Positions 63,661 to 64,000 of a DNA stretch of 64,000 nucleotides are shown piece by piece. Each line of letters starts with the position of its first letter. The stretch's first letter is position 1. The notes under the pieces were generated by a model. That model worked only from the letters and a program-made list of their open reading frames with translations, ran no database searches and was not told the DNA's origin. The stretch is from Nitrosopumilus sp. (GTDB taxonomy: Archaea; Thermoproteota; Nitrososphaeria; Nitrososphaerales; Nitrosopumilaceae). The stretch spans positions 2,144,001 through 2,208,000 of the forward strand of contig OZ252243.1 of the NCBI GenBank assembly GCA_965249555.1, written 5' to 3'. Position numbers and translations under genes: made by a program.

Positions 63661-64000
63661 ATGATCAGCATAGGAATTGATGTTCACAAGAAGAAATGTG
63701 TTGCAACAAAATAGGAATCCAGAAAGAAGCTAGAGCAGACAAGCTTTGATAATACCACAAATGGAATAATGGGTTTTATCAAACATATCAAAAAGACATA
63801 TGGCAATGACATACAGGCAGTGTGCGAATCAACTGCAAACTATTGGATCAGACTACATGACACACTAGAGGACCATGGAATTGATACAATTCTTGCACAT
63901 CCTGCAAAGACCAAGATAATTGCACAGGCAAAGCTCAAAAACGACAAACTTGATTCAGACGTATTGGCAGACTTGCTAAGAGCAGACATGGTGTATGAAT
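63661..64000 (+). pseudogene. IS110-family recombinase with in-frame TAG at codon 18; runs off the window
   Basis: IGIDVHK, CEST and KNDKLD DEDD motifs. Confidence 0.85.

Overview
AT-rich archaeal DNA, most likely Nitrososphaerota/Nitrosopumilaceae (inferred from thaumarchaeal-type SPLKQ..C..PACV and IPxWIK secreted-protein motifs, a TBP homolog and NAC-type UBA domains). The window looks like part of a large conjugative plasmid or ICE. It carries a split type IV secretion region (VirB4-, VirD4-, VirB6- and PrgI-like genes plus large exported proteins), a ParM/ParR-like partition pair, a divergent TBP and a candidate rep gene. A 10.7-kb array of small-gene units is punctuated by eight copies of a conserved, structured 83-bp element. 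Cargo includes toxin-antitoxin pairs, a probably phase-variable fibronectin-III surface protein and many IS elements (IS66, IS1595, IS5, IS110, IS6-like). Most striking: (1) two homologous modules, each pairing a 71-nt tRNA-like gene with an aberrant anticodon arm and an adjacent opposite-strand small-RNA-like unit whose sequence co-varies with that arm (candidate all-RNA toxin-antitoxin system); (2) the conserved-header gene array (candidate archaeal leading-region/establishment regulon); (3) two IS110 copies whose bridge-RNA-like loops differ and each match their own left flank; (4) a VirD4-like ATPase fused to a PD-(D/E)xK-like domain. All assignments are by eye; no searches were run.
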